This document shows positions 1 through 9,783 of a DNA stretch of 64,000 nt, piece after piece. The translations under genes and the position numbers were made by a program. The notes below the pieces were generated by a model, which worked only from the letters and a program-made list of their open reading frames with translations, made no database searches and was not told the origin of the DNA. Source of the stretch: Eubacteriales bacterium (GTDB lineage Bacteria > Bacillota > Clostridia > Oscillospirales > CAG-272); the NCBI GenBank assembly GCA_045602215.1, contig JAZSBE010000011.1, forward strand, positions 12,203 to 76,202, written 5' to 3'. The stretch's first letter is position 1. The number at the start of each line of letters is the position of its first letter.

Positions 1-394
1 CATCGTTTTCATAGATCGAGGGCCAGAGCAGATCTTCGGGGATCTCAAGCGTTCTGGTGAGAAATTCCCAGGCAAACGGAATCGCCTCTTCTTTGAAGTA
101 GTCACCAAAAGAGAAGTTTCCGAGCATTTCAAAGTATGTGCCGTGGCGTGCCGTGTGACCGACACGCTCAAGGTCGGGCGTGCGAATGCATTTCTGGCAG
201 GTGGCAACGCGGCGGCGGGGCGGCTCTTCCTCGCCTGTGAAAAACTTTTTCATCGGCGCCATGCCCGAATTGATCAAGAGAAGCGATTTATCACGGATCG
301 GCACGAGCGGAAAGCTCGGCAGGCGAAGGTGTCCTTTGCTTTCAAAAAAGGAAAGGTACTTTTCGCGCAGATCGTTCAAAGAAGTCCATTGCAT
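1..394 (-). CDS. alaS: alanine--tRNA ligase, N-terminal ~131 codons (rest lies outside the window)
   Basis: Absent from the ORF track because it is open at the window edge. Minus-strand translation from the ATG (complement of 392-394) gives [82 protein letters not shown], the conserved AlaRS N-terminus. GGAGGA lies 8 nt upstream. Confidence 0.9.
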   Translation of the reverse strand, partial: MQWTSLNDLREKYLSFFESKGHLRLPSFPLVPIRDKSLLLINSGMAPMKKFFTGEEEPPRRRVATCQKCIRTPDLERVGHTARHGTYFEMLGNFSFGDYFKEEAIPFAWEFLTRTLEIPEDLLWPSIYEND

Positions 395-442
395 TGGTTT
401 CGTCCTCCGTATAGAGATCTAAATTTTCAAGTTATCTATAAA

Positions 443-471
443 ATTATAGCACCAAGAGGCTTTTCTGTCAA
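443..471 (-). promoter_or_regulatory. sigma-A-type promoter of alaS (TTGACA-17-TATAAT)
   Basis: Minus strand reads cTTGACAgaaaagcctcttggtgcTATAATttt, about 50 nt upstream of the alaS ATG. Confidence 0.6.
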
Positions 472-500
472 GTTTTTTTAAACAAGTTTTCAAAGAAGTC

Positions 501-529
501 TTGACTTTGCTTGCGCAGTGTTCTATAAT
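501..529 (+). promoter_or_regulatory. sigma-A-type promoter (TTGACT-17-TATAAT) of the acidic-tailed membrane protein gene
   Basis: Reads TTGACTttgcttgcgcagtgttcTATAAT, about 40 nt upstream of the ATG at 568. Confidence 0.6.
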
Positions 530-567
530 AAGTTGTAATACATTAAATTTGATGGAGGGCCTAATTG

Positions 568-2163
568 ATGGAAAACATCGAAAAGGATAAGACCTTGGAA
601 GATCTTTCCGTTGACGGAACACCCGATACCGAGTTGACCGCCGACCAAACGGAAGAGAAGGTCGATTCCGTTCCCGAAGAAACGGTAGAAACCGAAACGG
701 TAGAAACCGAAGGCGAAGCAGAAGAGCCTGTACAAGAAGAGGTTGTCGAAGACGTCGAAGAAGAAGCGACGGAGGAATCTGCACAGGAAGAAGTCGTCGA
801 AGAAACGGCAGAAGCACCGATTGAAGAAGCAAAAGAGGAAAGCGCGAAAAAGAAGTTGCCGATCGAGCGCGAAAAGCTGATTTCCATGATCCTTGGCGGC
901 GTTGGCATTCTTTTCGTCATTGCACTGTTCATCCGCCTGTTCGCATTCGGATTGACCGCTGATGCATTCCAGTACGGCGTTTTGAAGATGAACGTCTGGG
1001 ATACCCTGAAAGCAGGACTCGGCGAAAATGCGTTCGGCATGAACAATTCGCTTCATTTCTCGCTTGTTCTGGCAATGTACGTGTTCCCGATGCTCGTTGC
1101 GTTCGGTGCAGGCGTGACCTGTCTTGTCCGTTCGCTGATCCTCGTGCTCGGTACGCCGAAGGAAAAGACTGCGCTGACTGAGCCCATGATTTACTCTGCC
1201 GCAGGCATTTACGGTTTGCTCTCTTACGTGGCGATCATGAACGTGATTGCAAGCTTCTGCATGAAGGATTTTGAGAATTGCACCGCACTTTTCAGAGGTG
1301 CGTTTGAACTTGCCGTCATCGCAGGTATCGCATCGCTTCTGCAAAGAGTCATTCGTCAGGCGACCGTTGAACGTGTCATGAAAGCAAAGTTCCATGCCAA
1401 AGCCGAAGTGACAAGCGAACGCCTGGTTCGTAAAGAAATCATCAAGAATCCTACGGCTTTGACCGCACTCGTTCACAGAAACGCGCTCTTTTATGTTACA
1501 TACGGCTTGATGGCAGTCGCCGTGCTCGGCATTCTTTCCTGGCTGATCACCGCCCCCGTTGCGGCAGGTGTTTACGAAGGCGGAATCAAGAGCTTCATCG
1601 AAACTGCTACCGGCGTTGAAGAAATCGACTTCAAGAGCTTTGGCCGTCTGGTCGCAGGCGTGTGCCTGATGATCTCGCTGATCAGCCTGATCTCCCGCCT
1701 TGCATTCCGTGCCGTTGACTTCCTCGGTACGCGTCTTGCATTCGGTGCATCTGCACAGGATCGCTATGAATTCGCAAAGTTTTTGGGTGTTTTCTGGCGC
1801 AGACTGATCTATACGTGCATCTTTGCCGCCGCTTATGCCGCTCTGGCTCCCGGCGATTTCGAGATCGGCAACATCATCACTGCCGTTTTGCCCTATGCGG
1901 TACTTATGGCTTGCTGCATCGTGTTGCGCATCGTTTATGCGATCCTCGCTTGCAACTTGAAGTACGAAACCGTTCCCGCCGCACTCTTTGAAGAAACTCC
2001 CGCAGAAGAACTTCCCGAAGCGGCAGAAGAACAAACCGAAGAAATTGCGGAAGAATCCGCAGAAGAAGCAGTCCAGGAAGAGGCTGATGAAGTCGTTGAG
2101 GATGCGGCTGAAGAAGTTGCCCAAGAGGTGGCTGAAGAAACAACCGAAGAAAAAGCAGAATAA
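568..2163 (+). CDS. polytopic membrane protein with strongly acidic Glu/Val/Thr-rich N- and C-terminal tails (function unknown)
   Basis: The ORF track gives 565..2163 (TTG). The ATG at 568 lies 8 nt after GGAGGG. Acidic tails of about 70 aa and 65 aa flank a core with about 8-9 hydrophobic helices. I recognise no catalytic motif. A hairpin terminator follows. Confidence 0.8.
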   Translation: MENIEKDKTLEDLSVDGTPDTELTADQTEEKVDSVPEETVETETVETEGEAEEPVQEEVVEDVEEEATEESAQEEVVEETAEAPIEEAKEESAKKKLPIEREKLISMILGGVGILFVIALFIRLFAFGLTADAFQYGVLKMNVWDTLKAGLGENAFGMNNSLHFSLVLAMYVFPMLVAFGAGVTCLVRSLILVLGTPKEKTALTEPMIYSAAGIYGLLSYVAIMNVIASFCMKDFENCTALFRGAFELAVIAGIASLLQRVIRQATVERVMKAKFHAKAEVTSERLVRKEIIKNPTALTALVHRNALFYVTYGLMAVAVLGILSWLITAPVAAGVYEGGIKSFIETATGVEEIDFKSFGRLVAGVCLMISLISLISRLAFRAVDFLGTRLAFGASAQDRYEFAKFLGVFWRRLIYTCIFAAAYAALAPGDFEIGNIITAVLPYAVLMACCIVLRIVYAILACNLKYETVPAALFEETPAEELPEAAEEQTEEIAEESAEEAVQEEADEVVEDAAEEVAQEVAEETTEEKAE

Positions 2164-2200
2164 CGGTTTGTATTATTTCCGAAGAATTGCTAATAGAAAA

Positions 2201-2248
2201 GGACAGAGAAACGTCAGTTTGGTGTTTCTCTGTCCTTTTCCTTTTTTT
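2201..2248 (+). terminator. rho-independent terminator
   Basis: Stem and loop ggacagagaaac-gtcagtttggt-gtttctctgtcc, followed by a T-run. Confidence 0.75.
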
Positions 2249-2266
2249 ACACTTTGAAAACCATAC

Positions 2267-2295
2267 TTGACTTTTATACGAAAAAGTTATATAAT
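2267..2295 (+). promoter_or_regulatory. sigma-A-type promoter (TTGACT-17-TATAAT)
   Basis: Reads TTGACTtttatacgaaaaagttaTATAAT, about 95 nt upstream of the ATG at 2390. Confidence 0.6.
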
Positions 2296-2389
2296 GAAGA
2301 TGTTCACAATCAAATTTAAAACTAAAATTTTTTTATAATTAGATGTAAACTCTTGCAGATTCCGACAAATAAGCACTTTTGGGGGCTCT

Positions 2390-4285
2390 ATGAAAATCAA
2401 CAAGAGAAAAATATTTTTAGCCTTTTTTGATATTCTATGTTTTGTTTTTATTGCGACGGTTTGCTTTTTTGTGTCTGCCGCCGGCTTTGATGATGTTTCT
2501 TTTGCAAACGGCGGTAAGTACGTCATTGCCGCTTTCTTTTTGTGCGGCGGTCTGTTCTTCAGCCGACTGCTCTTCGGGGTCTATCGGACCGTATGGCGCT
2601 ATACGAGCACACAAGCTTATTTACGCATCATTTTGGCTGACATTGTCGGCGGTCTTGCCACCGTCGCCGTCGCCGAACTGTTTTTGTATGACAAAAAATT
2701 TTGGGTGTTTATCACAGTCACGGCATTGGATACGTTGATGTCGCTCTCCGCGCGTTTTTGTTATCGTTTGCTTTACAAAAGATCAAAAGGTACGGCAGAT
2801 CCGCGCAGCTGCATCAACATCGGCATTGTCGGCGCGGGTCAGCTCGGTGCTTTTCTGGCAGGAGAGCTTTTGGGAAACGCCATGTCGCATTACCGTCCCG
2901 TTTGCTTTATTGATGTCGATAAAGCAAAGATTGGCAGCCGCATTGCAAGTCTCAAGGTCTTCTCGCCCGAAGATTTCGCCAGAAGACGAGGCTTGATGGA
3001 AGTTTCGGTGGTGGTATTTGCACTTGGGGCGGTCGACGGCGAGAAGAGGACGGCGCTTTGCGATCACTACAAAGAGATCGGTTGTCGCGTGCTGATCTAC
3101 GATTCTCCCATCCATGCGTTCAGCCGACGCAATGGCAAGCGCGTCATCCGTGAATTTGAGATCGAAGACCTGCTTTTCAGGAAACCGTTGTCTGTACTCG
3201 GTGCGGAAAGCATGGAAAAATACCGTGATAAAACCGTTCTCGTTACGGGTGGCGGCGGATCGATCGGCAGTGAGCTTTGCCGCCAGATTGCCACGTGTTC
3301 TCCCAAAAAACTGGTCGTTTTCGATATTTATGAAAATAACGCTTACGATCTGCAACAGGAATTGCATCTGCTTTACGGGGACAAGCTTGACCTGTCGGTT
3401 GAGATCGGCTCTGTTCGTGACCCGAAGCGGTTGGCGTGCGTTTTTGAAAAATACAAGCCTGACATCGTCTTTCACGCGGCGGCGCATAAGCACGTGCCTT
3501 TGATGGAACAGAGCGCAGGCGAAGCTATCAAAAACAACGTTTTCGGTACTTATAATACCGCCAATGCTGCGGAAAAATACGGTGTTGATGCCTTTATTCT
3601 TGTGTCGACTGATAAGGCAGTCAATCCCACCAACATCATGGGCGCGTCCAAGCGGCTTTGCGAAATGGTGATCCAATGCAGAACAGACAGCCGTACGAAA
3701 TTCGCCGCCGTGCGATTCGGAAACGTGCTCGGTTCTAACGGCTCGGTCGTTCCTTTGTTCAAACGGCAGATTGCCAACGGCGGTCCGATCACGATCACCG
3801 ACCGACGCATCATCCGTTACTTTATGACCATTCCCGAAGCCAGCCAGCTGGTCATGACGGCAGGTGCAATGGCAAAAAGCGGCGAACTTTTCGTTCTTGA
3901 TATGGGCAAACCCGTCAAGATCTACGATCTGGCGGTCAATATGATCCGCCTTTCGGGACTTGTGCCCGACGTTGACGTTAAAATCAAGGAAACCGGTCTG
4001 CGTCCGGGCGAAAAGCTCTATGAAGAGCTTCTGATGAAAACCGAAACGCTCGATAAAACCTCCAATAACCTCATCTTTATCGAGCGCGATACTCCGCAAA
4101 CGCGTGAAAGAATGGAAGACATTCTCTGTGAATTGCGCCGCGCACTTGATCTTTATGAAAACAAAGGCAACCTCTGTGCCGTCAAGGATGCCATCAAGAA
4201 GACCGTGCCGACCTTCCGCGAGCCTGAAGAAATCAACGTCTGTGCTGAAAATTCCGAGGAAATGAAGCTTTCTTCGGTGCATTAA
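2390..4285 (+). CDS. membrane-anchored NDP-sugar 4,6-dehydratase/epimerase, CapD/PglF/WbpM family (polysaccharide biosynthesis protein)
   Basis: 631 aa. There are four N-terminal TM helices and two Rossmann segments (IGIVGAGQLG; VLVTGGGGSIGSEL). The CapD-type core STDKAVNPTNIMGASKR is present. Confidence 0.9.
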   Translation: MKINKRKIFLAFFDILCFVFIATVCFFVSAAGFDDVSFANGGKYVIAAFFLCGGLFFSRLLFGVYRTVWRYTSTQAYLRIILADIVGGLATVAVAELFLYDKKFWVFITVTALDTLMSLSARFCYRLLYKRSKGTADPRSCINIGIVGAGQLGAFLAGELLGNAMSHYRPVCFIDVDKAKIGSRIASLKVFSPEDFARRRGLMEVSVVVFALGAVDGEKRTALCDHYKEIGCRVLIYDSPIHAFSRRNGKRVIREFEIEDLLFRKPLSVLGAESMEKYRDKTVLVTGGGGSIGSELCRQIATCSPKKLVVFDIYENNAYDLQQELHLLYGDKLDLSVEIGSVRDPKRLACVFEKYKPDIVFHAAAHKHVPLMEQSAGEAIKNNVFGTYNTANAAEKYGVDAFILVSTDKAVNPTNIMGASKRLCEMVIQCRTDSRTKFAAVRFGNVLGSNGSVVPLFKRQIANGGPITITDRRIIRYFMTIPEASQLVMTAGAMAKSGELFVLDMGKPVKIYDLAVNMIRLSGLVPDVDVKIKETGLRPGEKLYEELLMKTETLDKTSNNLIFIERDTPQTRERMEDILCELRRALDLYENKGNLCAVKDAIKKTVPTFREPEEINVCAENSEEMKLSSVH

Positions 4286-4326
4286 ACGATATTTTATACA
4301 TTCAAAAACGAGAGGGGACGCATCCC

Positions 4327-4920
4327 ATGTATCAGATCAGAAAAGTTGCGCTTGACGATGCCGAGCGCTTGCCAATCGATCGCCCGCAATGGGGGTACAC
4401 TACGTACAAAAAGGAAGTTTATGCACAGATCGTGCGTGACGACTGCGGCTTCACCGTCCGTTTCACCGTGCGGGAAAAGAATCCGCGCCGCCTGTGGAAG
4501 GAGCATTTTTCGCCCGTTCATGAGGATAGCTGTGTCGAATTCTTTGCGAATTTTTCGCCCGATACGACCGATTGGTACATCAATTTTGAGGTCAATGCAA
4601 ACGGCGCGATGAATCTTGATTTTCGTCGCGACAGATACGAAACCCGTCCGATTCTGAAAGAAGAAGTCGAGGCTTTCGGCATCGTTTGCGAGCTTGATCG
4701 CTATTTCTGGCGCGCCACTTACCATATCGGTGACGACTTCATCCGTAAATATTTCCCCGACTATGATCCCGAAAAAGCCGATAAGATTAAATGCAATCTT
4801 TACAAATGCGGTGACCGCACACTGATTCCGCACTATATGGCGGCGTTTGACCTTGAGTGTCCGAAGCCCGATTTTCACCGCCCCGAATGTTTTGTGGAAA
4901 TTGACATCTGCCGCGAATAA
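4327..4920 (+). CDS. cytosolic beta-sandwich protein, possibly carbohydrate-binding family 9-like (assignment by recall only)
   Basis: A 197-aa ORF with an RBS (GAGAGGGGA) and non-membrane composition. The family call is tentative. Confidence 0.7.
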   Translation: MYQIRKVALDDAERLPIDRPQWGYTTYKKEVYAQIVRDDCGFTVRFTVREKNPRRLWKEHFSPVHEDSCVEFFANFSPDTTDWYINFEVNANGAMNLDFRRDRYETRPILKEEVEAFGIVCELDRYFWRATYHIGDDFIRKYFPDYDPEKADKIKCNLYKCGDRTLIPHYMAAFDLECPKPDFHRPECFVEIDICRE

Positions 4921-4931
4921 CCTTGTATAGC

Positions 4932-4970
4932 CGAAAGGCGATCCGTGATACGGATCGCCTTTCGATTTTT
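4932..4970. terminator. bidirectional hairpin terminator between convergent genes
   Basis: Stem and loop cgaaaggcgatccgt-gat-acggatcgcctttcg plus a T-run. It sits between the 4327-4920 (+) gene and rluD (-). Confidence 0.75.
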
Positions 4971-5946
4971 ATCTGTTTGCCTCTTCGCGCAAAAGCGTGA
5001 GCATTTTTTCAAAGTTTTCGGGAAGAGGGGACTCAAAGCGCACCTCTTCCTTTGTGCGCGGATGAGTGAAGGTGAGCGAAACGGCATGCAGACATTGACC
5101 GTCGAAAAGCTGCGGATGATGCTTTTCAAAGGGCGTTTTGCCGCCACCGTAAAGTGTGTCGCCGAGCAAAGCATGGCCGAGCGACGACATGTGTACGCGA
5201 ATCTGGTGCGTGCGCCCTGTTTCAAGCTCAAGCGAAAGGTAGGTAATGCCGCCGAAGCGTTCAAGCACGCGGTAATGCGTGACTGCCGCGCGTGACCGCC
5301 CCCCGCTTTCCCGAACAATTGCCATTTTCTTGCGGTCAACGGGGTGGCGACCGATCGGCGCATCGACTGTGCCTTCGTCGACAGAGAACCCGCCCGCCAC
5401 AAGTGCGCGGTATTCCCGACGGATGTGATGACCTTCAAGCTGTGCCGAGAGGGCGCGGTGAGAGTCGTCGTTTTTGGCAACCACGAGCAAACCCGAAGTG
5501 TCTTTGTCAATGCGATGCACGATGCCGGGACGAATGGTGCCGCCAATGCCCGAAAGCGAATCGCCGCAATGGAAAAGCAGTGCGTTGACAAGCGTGCCGC
5601 TCGGATTGCCCGGCGCGGGATGGACCACCATGCCCGCTTTTTTGTTGATAACCAGAAGGTCGTCGTCTTCGTAAACGATATCAAGCGAAATGTCTTCGGG
5701 CAATATTTCGGATGGCAGAGGGGGTGGCGGAGAAAAAAAGAGAATTTCGCCCACGCGTGCGGTGTAGCGCTTTTGCTTTTGCTCACCGCTGACGGTGATG
5801 TTGCCGTCGCTGATGTGGCGTGATGCTTCGCTTCGGGTGAGGTTGAAGCACTCGGCGGTAAGCAGGTCAAGGCGTTTGCCCGCCTCTTCTTGGGTCACTG
5901 TGTGGGAAAGTCGGTTTTCCTCTTCGGACAGGTCAATCATTGTCAT
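4969..5946 (-). CDS. rluD: 23S rRNA pseudouridine synthase, RluA/RluD family
   Basis: The ORF track gives 4969..6108, but its 5' part overlaps lspA. I take the start at MTMIDLSEE (ATG 5946), which overlaps the lspA stop by 14 nt. The protein has an S4-like N-terminus and the catalytic motif HRIDKDTSGLLVVAKN. Confidence 0.9.
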   Translation of the reverse strand: MTMIDLSEEENRLSHTVTQEEAGKRLDLLTAECFNLTRSEASRHISDGNITVSGEQKQKRYTARVGEILFFSPPPPLPSEILPEDISLDIVYEDDDLLVINKKAGMVVHPAPGNPSGTLVNALLFHCGDSLSGIGGTIRPGIVHRIDKDTSGLLVVAKNDDSHRALSAQLEGHHIRREYRALVAGGFSVDEGTVDAPIGRHPVDRKKMAIVRESGGRSRAAVTHYRVLERFGGITYLSLELETGRTHQIRVHMSSLGHALLGDTLYGGGKTPFEKHHPQLFDGQCLHAVSLTFTHPRTKEEVRFESPLPENFEKMLTLLREEANR

Positions 5947-6508
5947 GATGCTGATCTCCGTCAAGCGCTTTTTGCGCTTTTTCTTTTTTGTAATCCCGAA
6001 CGATGTCAACAACCGACAAGAAAATGAGAATGCCGACACCGACGCAAACAAAGCAATCGGCAATATTGAACACGGCAAAGTCAATGAGGGCAACGTAAAT
6101 GAAATCAACCACGTATCCGAGCAGAATACGGTCGATCATGTTACCGATGCCGCCGCCGACAAGCATACCGATGCCCAGCATCCAGAAAAAGCGGTCGCAG
6201 CGCGTAAAGAACAGATAGACAGCCAACGCAATGATGGCAACCGTAGAAATGACGAGAAAGACTTCGCGTCGGTCGGCAAGCATACCGAAAGCCGCACCTC
6301 TGTTCTGAATGTATTTCCAATGAAAAACGCCGTCAATGACGGGGATCTCTTCGTAGAGCTGCATGGTGCTGACCACGATCTTTTTGGTGATGACGTCAAA
6401 AACGATGGCAAAAAGAAGAGTCAGGATAGCCACGATCTTGCAAAGGATCTGCTTTTTGGAGAGAGGGGGTCTTTCTTTGAATTGTCGGAGATATTCTTTG
6501 ATCTTCAT
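5933..6508 (-). CDS. lspA: lipoprotein signal peptidase II
   Basis: The ORF track gives 5933..6598. I take the start at MKIKEYL (ATG 6508) behind GAGGAAGG. Motifs NRGAAFGML, GGGIGNMIDR and VVDFI are present, with 4 TM helices. Confidence 0.9.
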   Translation of the reverse strand: MKIKEYLRQFKERPPLSKKQILCKIVAILTLLFAIVFDVITKKIVVSTMQLYEEIPVIDGVFHWKYIQNRGAAFGMLADRREVFLVISTVAIIALAVYLFFTRCDRFFWMLGIGMLVGGGIGNMIDRILLGYVVDFIYVALIDFAVFNIADCFVCVGVGILIFLSVVDIVRDYKKEKAQKALDGDQHHDND

Positions 6509-6609
6509 GAATTTTCCTTCCTCATGATCGGAATCAAACGCGAAAAGCAAATACAGCCCCTGCCCCGATGCTTTGCGCAAAGGGGAAGGGGCGAGCAAAC
6601 AAAAATCTC

Positions 6610-7089
6610 TTATTGTTCGGTGTATTCGATCTCGTCTTCGAAGGACTCTTCTTCGGGAGCCTCTTCGTTTTTGACAGCCTCGGAAACCTCAACGTTGCGG
6701 GGGGTGATGATGTACGTGCCCGTTGCAACGCGCTGGAAACGGCCGTGAATAGAATAAGCAACGCCGCTCAAAAAGTCGATCAGACGGCGGGTGACGTCCT
6801 TGTTGATGAAGTCCATGTTGAGAACGACGGTACGGCCTGCGAGCAGGTGATCTGCAATGTCGCAGGAATCCTCGAACTGCTCGGGGCGCACGACCTTGAG
6901 CTCAAGGCTTGCGGCGGCACCGATCTCTGTACCATGGAATGCGGTTTTTGTGCGGGGAGCCTCTGCGGCTTCGGTTTCTTTTACAGGTTCGACCTCTTCC
7001 GCTTCATCAGCGTCGGTGAACTCGGGCTCAATGAAGCCGTTTTCAAAGTCCGCGTCATCGTATCTTCTTTTTTGGTCGAAAAATCCCAT
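6610..7089 (-). CDS. sepF: cell division protein SepF
   Basis: 159 aa. An acidic linker is followed by the SepF core VVRPEQFEDSCDIADHLLAGRTVVLNM..RRLIDFLSGVAYSIHG. The ylmE-sepF synteny is conserved. Confidence 0.9.
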   Translation of the reverse strand: MGFFDQKRRYDDADFENGFIEPEFTDADEAEEVEPVKETEAAEAPRTKTAFHGTEIGAAASLELKVVRPEQFEDSCDIADHLLAGRTVVLNMDFINKDVTRRLIDFLSGVAYSIHGRFQRVATGTYIITPRNVEVSEAVKNEEAPEEESFEDEIEYTEQ

Positions 7090-7146
7090 GTTTGTTTCCT
7101 CCGTTTTTTGAATATATCCTATTCATTTTGATTAACGTTTTCAAGT

Positions 7147-7833
7147 TCACGCAAAGAGCGCACTGCCCACGCGAACCATAGTTGCCCCTTCTTCTGTGGC
7201 GACCTCAAAGCTATCGGTCATCCCCATGGACAGAATCGGGCGGTCGGTGTCGAAATAAGGCGTGAGTCTTTCAAAAGCGCGCCTTGTCGCCCGAAAATAC
7301 GGGCGGTATTCTTCCGCCGTTTCAAGATTGGGTGCCATGGTCATGATTCCCTGCACCGATAGCCCTTGAAAGGCGGCAACCTGTGCGGCAAATTCATCGA
7401 TCATTTCGGGCATGACACCGCCCTTGTTTTCCTCTTTGCCGCTATTGATCTCCAGAAGAACGGCGGTTTTGATGCCTTTCTTTTGCGAAAGACGGTCAAG
7501 TTCTTCGGCAAGACCGATCGAATCAAGCGAATGCAGAAGAGCAATGCGCCCGACAAGGTATTTCGCCTTGTTTTTTTGCAGACTGCCGATGAAGTGCATG
7601 TCGCATGCAACCCCTGCGCTTCTGATGATCTCATGCCGCGCTTCGCATTGGCGCGCACGGTTTTCTCCGACGGCGTGAACGCCCAAAGAAAGCATTGTGC
7701 GGAAAGTGTCGTCATCACAGCTTTTGGTGACGGCAAGCAAAGAAGGCGTTGGCACACCGACGCGCGCGGCGGCATTTGCCATGCGTTCGCGCACAGAATT
7801 CAGGTTGCGCGCAAGAGAAATCTGATCACACAC
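7147..7833 (-). CDS. yggS: YggS/YlmE-family pyridoxal-phosphate homeostasis protein
   Basis: 228 aa, GTG start 9 nt after ACGGAG. Motifs LLAVTKS (PLP lysine) and HFIGSLQKNKAKY are present. Confidence 0.9.
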   Translation of the reverse strand: MCDQISLARNLNSVRERMANAAARVGVPTPSLLAVTKSCDDDTFRTMLSLGVHAVGENRARQCEARHEIIRSAGVACDMHFIGSLQKNKAKYLVGRIALLHSLDSIGLAEELDRLSQKKGIKTAVLLEINSGKEENKGGVMPEMIDEFAAQVAAFQGLSVQGIMTMAPNLETAEEYRPYFRATRRAFERLTPYFDTDRPILSMGMTDSFEVATEEGATMVRVGSALFA

Positions 7834-8025
7834 AAGAAAAAACTCCGTTTGAGTAAATTACGTTTGACAGTCAAAAGGATACCTGTTTCTATTATTATAA
7901 CATACGATTTTGAAAGATGCAAGAGATTCAAAGCAAAAAAAGAATGATTTTTCATCGAAATTCATATATCAAATGTATGAGCGACAGAATTCGCCCATCA
8001 AGTGAAGTGAAAGAGGGGAAAAAGA

Positions 8026-9645
8026 GTGAATTCGGGCAAAAAAAGTTTTTTGATGAATGGAATGACTCTGGCGGCGGCGGCACTTCTTATGCGGACAGTG
8101 TCGGTATCTTTCAACGCCTATACGGTGTCCCGTGTCGGCGCAGAAGGGATCGGTTTGTATACGCTGACCATGAGCCTTTACGGCTTTTTCCTGACGCTTG
8201 CAACCTCAGGCGTCGGTCTTGCGCTCACTCGACTGGTAGCGGACGCACTCAGTCGGGGTGACGGCGACTACGCACGCGCTATGATGAAACGGTGTGCCGT
8301 GTACGCTTTGGTTTGCGGAAGTGCCGCATCTTTGGCGCTGTTCAGCTTCGCGCCCTTCCTTTCAACGTACGTTTTGCACGACGCGAGGACATTGCCCTCG
8401 CTTCGCTTGCTATCGCTCGGGCTTGTACCGATCGCGCTTTCTTCGGTCTTCAGCGGTTATTTCATTGCTGTGCGCCGCGCGGCAAGGAATGCGGCAATTC
8501 AAGTGGCGGAGCAGTGGATCAAGATCGCGTTGACCGTCTTTTTGCTCGGGCGCATGATCCCTTACGGCGTGACCTATGCGTGCGTGGGGTTGGTGCTGGG
8601 CGGCATGATCGGGGAATGTCTTTCCTGCCTGATCTTGCTGATCACCTGCCGTATCGATTATCTGCGCCATCCGCTTACCCGCCTGCCCCGAAACGAACGC
8701 AAAAAACCGGGGCTTCGTCCGCTTCTCGAGATCTCCGTACCGATTGCGGGCGGTGCTTATGCGCGTTCCGCGCTTGTCACGGTCGAACATATGCTCATCC
8801 CCGTGGCGCTTGCCATGGCGGGCAGCGACCGTTCGGGCGCGCTTGCCTCGTACGGTGCTTTGCACAGTATGGCGTTCCCCATCGTCATTTACCCGATGGC
8901 ACTTCTGTCTTCATTTGCTTCTCTTTTAGTGCCCGAATATACGCAAAGTCTTGTGCGTGACGAGAAAAAACGGCTCAGGCATATGACCGCAGAGTCACTT
9001 TCAACCACGCTTGCCTTCGCTTTGTGTGTCGGTGCCGCGCTTTTCCTGTTCGGCGAAGAGCTTGGTCTGTGCCTTTATTCGTCGGCAGAAGCAGGACGTT
9101 TCATCCGCTTGCTTGCGCCGCTTGTGCCGCTGATGTATCTTGATCACGTCACCGATGCCATGCTCAAAGGGATCGGACTGCAACTTTACGCCATGGTGGT
9201 CAATATTGCCGATTCCATACTCAGCATTGTACTTGTCATGTTGCTTTTGCCGCGCTTCGGTGCCGTCGGTTACGTCTACGTCATCATGATTGCAGAAGCC
9301 TTCAATTTTCTTTGCAGTTATATCGGCATGCGGCGCAAGATCGGTGCGGGGCTGACCTTTTCCATGCTGTTGCGCCCTCTGCCTTCTGTGCTCGCAGCCA
9401 CCCTTTTTATGCGCCTTTTCAGCTTCGGTAAGGCAACCGACGGCGTGGGGCTTTCCTTGAAAATCATGCTCTTTTGTGCAATGGCATTTCTTTGTTTTTT
9501 TGTGCATCACGAGATTGACAAAAATTTATCGAAGAAAGAGGCGCAAAGTCAGACGGCACAAGAGAAAACCGAGATTTTGCCCAGACGGTGCGGCTTTTCG
9601 GTTAACACCGTTTTTTGCACAAAAAATTTGCCAAAAGACGGTTGA
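8026..9645 (+). CDS. spoVB: MOP-superfamily polysaccharide/peptidoglycan-precursor flippase, stage V sporulation protein B-like
   Basis: 539 aa with about 14 TM helices. The N-terminus (LLMRTVSVSFNAYTVSRVGAEGIGLYTL) is typical of SpoVB/MurJ-like proteins. GTG start after AGAGGGGA. The symbol is tentative. Confidence 0.75.
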   Translation: MNSGKKSFLMNGMTLAAAALLMRTVSVSFNAYTVSRVGAEGIGLYTLTMSLYGFFLTLATSGVGLALTRLVADALSRGDGDYARAMMKRCAVYALVCGSAASLALFSFAPFLSTYVLHDARTLPSLRLLSLGLVPIALSSVFSGYFIAVRRAARNAAIQVAEQWIKIALTVFLLGRMIPYGVTYACVGLVLGGMIGECLSCLILLITCRIDYLRHPLTRLPRNERKKPGLRPLLEISVPIAGGAYARSALVTVEHMLIPVALAMAGSDRSGALASYGALHSMAFPIVIYPMALLSSFASLLVPEYTQSLVRDEKKRLRHMTAESLSTTLAFALCVGAALFLFGEELGLCLYSSAEAGRFIRLLAPLVPLMYLDHVTDAMLKGIGLQLYAMVVNIADSILSIVLVMLLLPRFGAVGYVYVIMIAEAFNFLCSYIGMRRKIGAGLTFSMLLRPLPSVLAATLFMRLFSFGKATDGVGLSLKIMLFCAMAFLCFFVHHEIDKNLSKKEAQSQTAQEKTEILPRRCGFSVNTVFCTKNLPKDG

Positions 9646-9670
9646 CAGAATCAGGCGAATCATGTATAAT
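9642..9670 (+). promoter_or_regulatory. sigma-A-type promoter of the rnf operon (TTGACA-17-TATAAT)
   Basis: Reads TTGACAgaatcaggcgaatcatgTATAAT. The -35 box contains the stop codon of the upstream flippase gene. The leader is about 110 nt and contains a hairpin (tctctttct..agaaagaga). Confidence 0.6.
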
Positions 9671-9783
9671 AGTATATAGCAACTATTGCAAATTCAAACG
9701 ATCTCTTTCTTTGGTCGGTCACTTGGCGGCTTTGAGAAAGAGAATGCGGCGGTAAGAGCGTTTTTGCTTCCGCAGGAAAGGAC

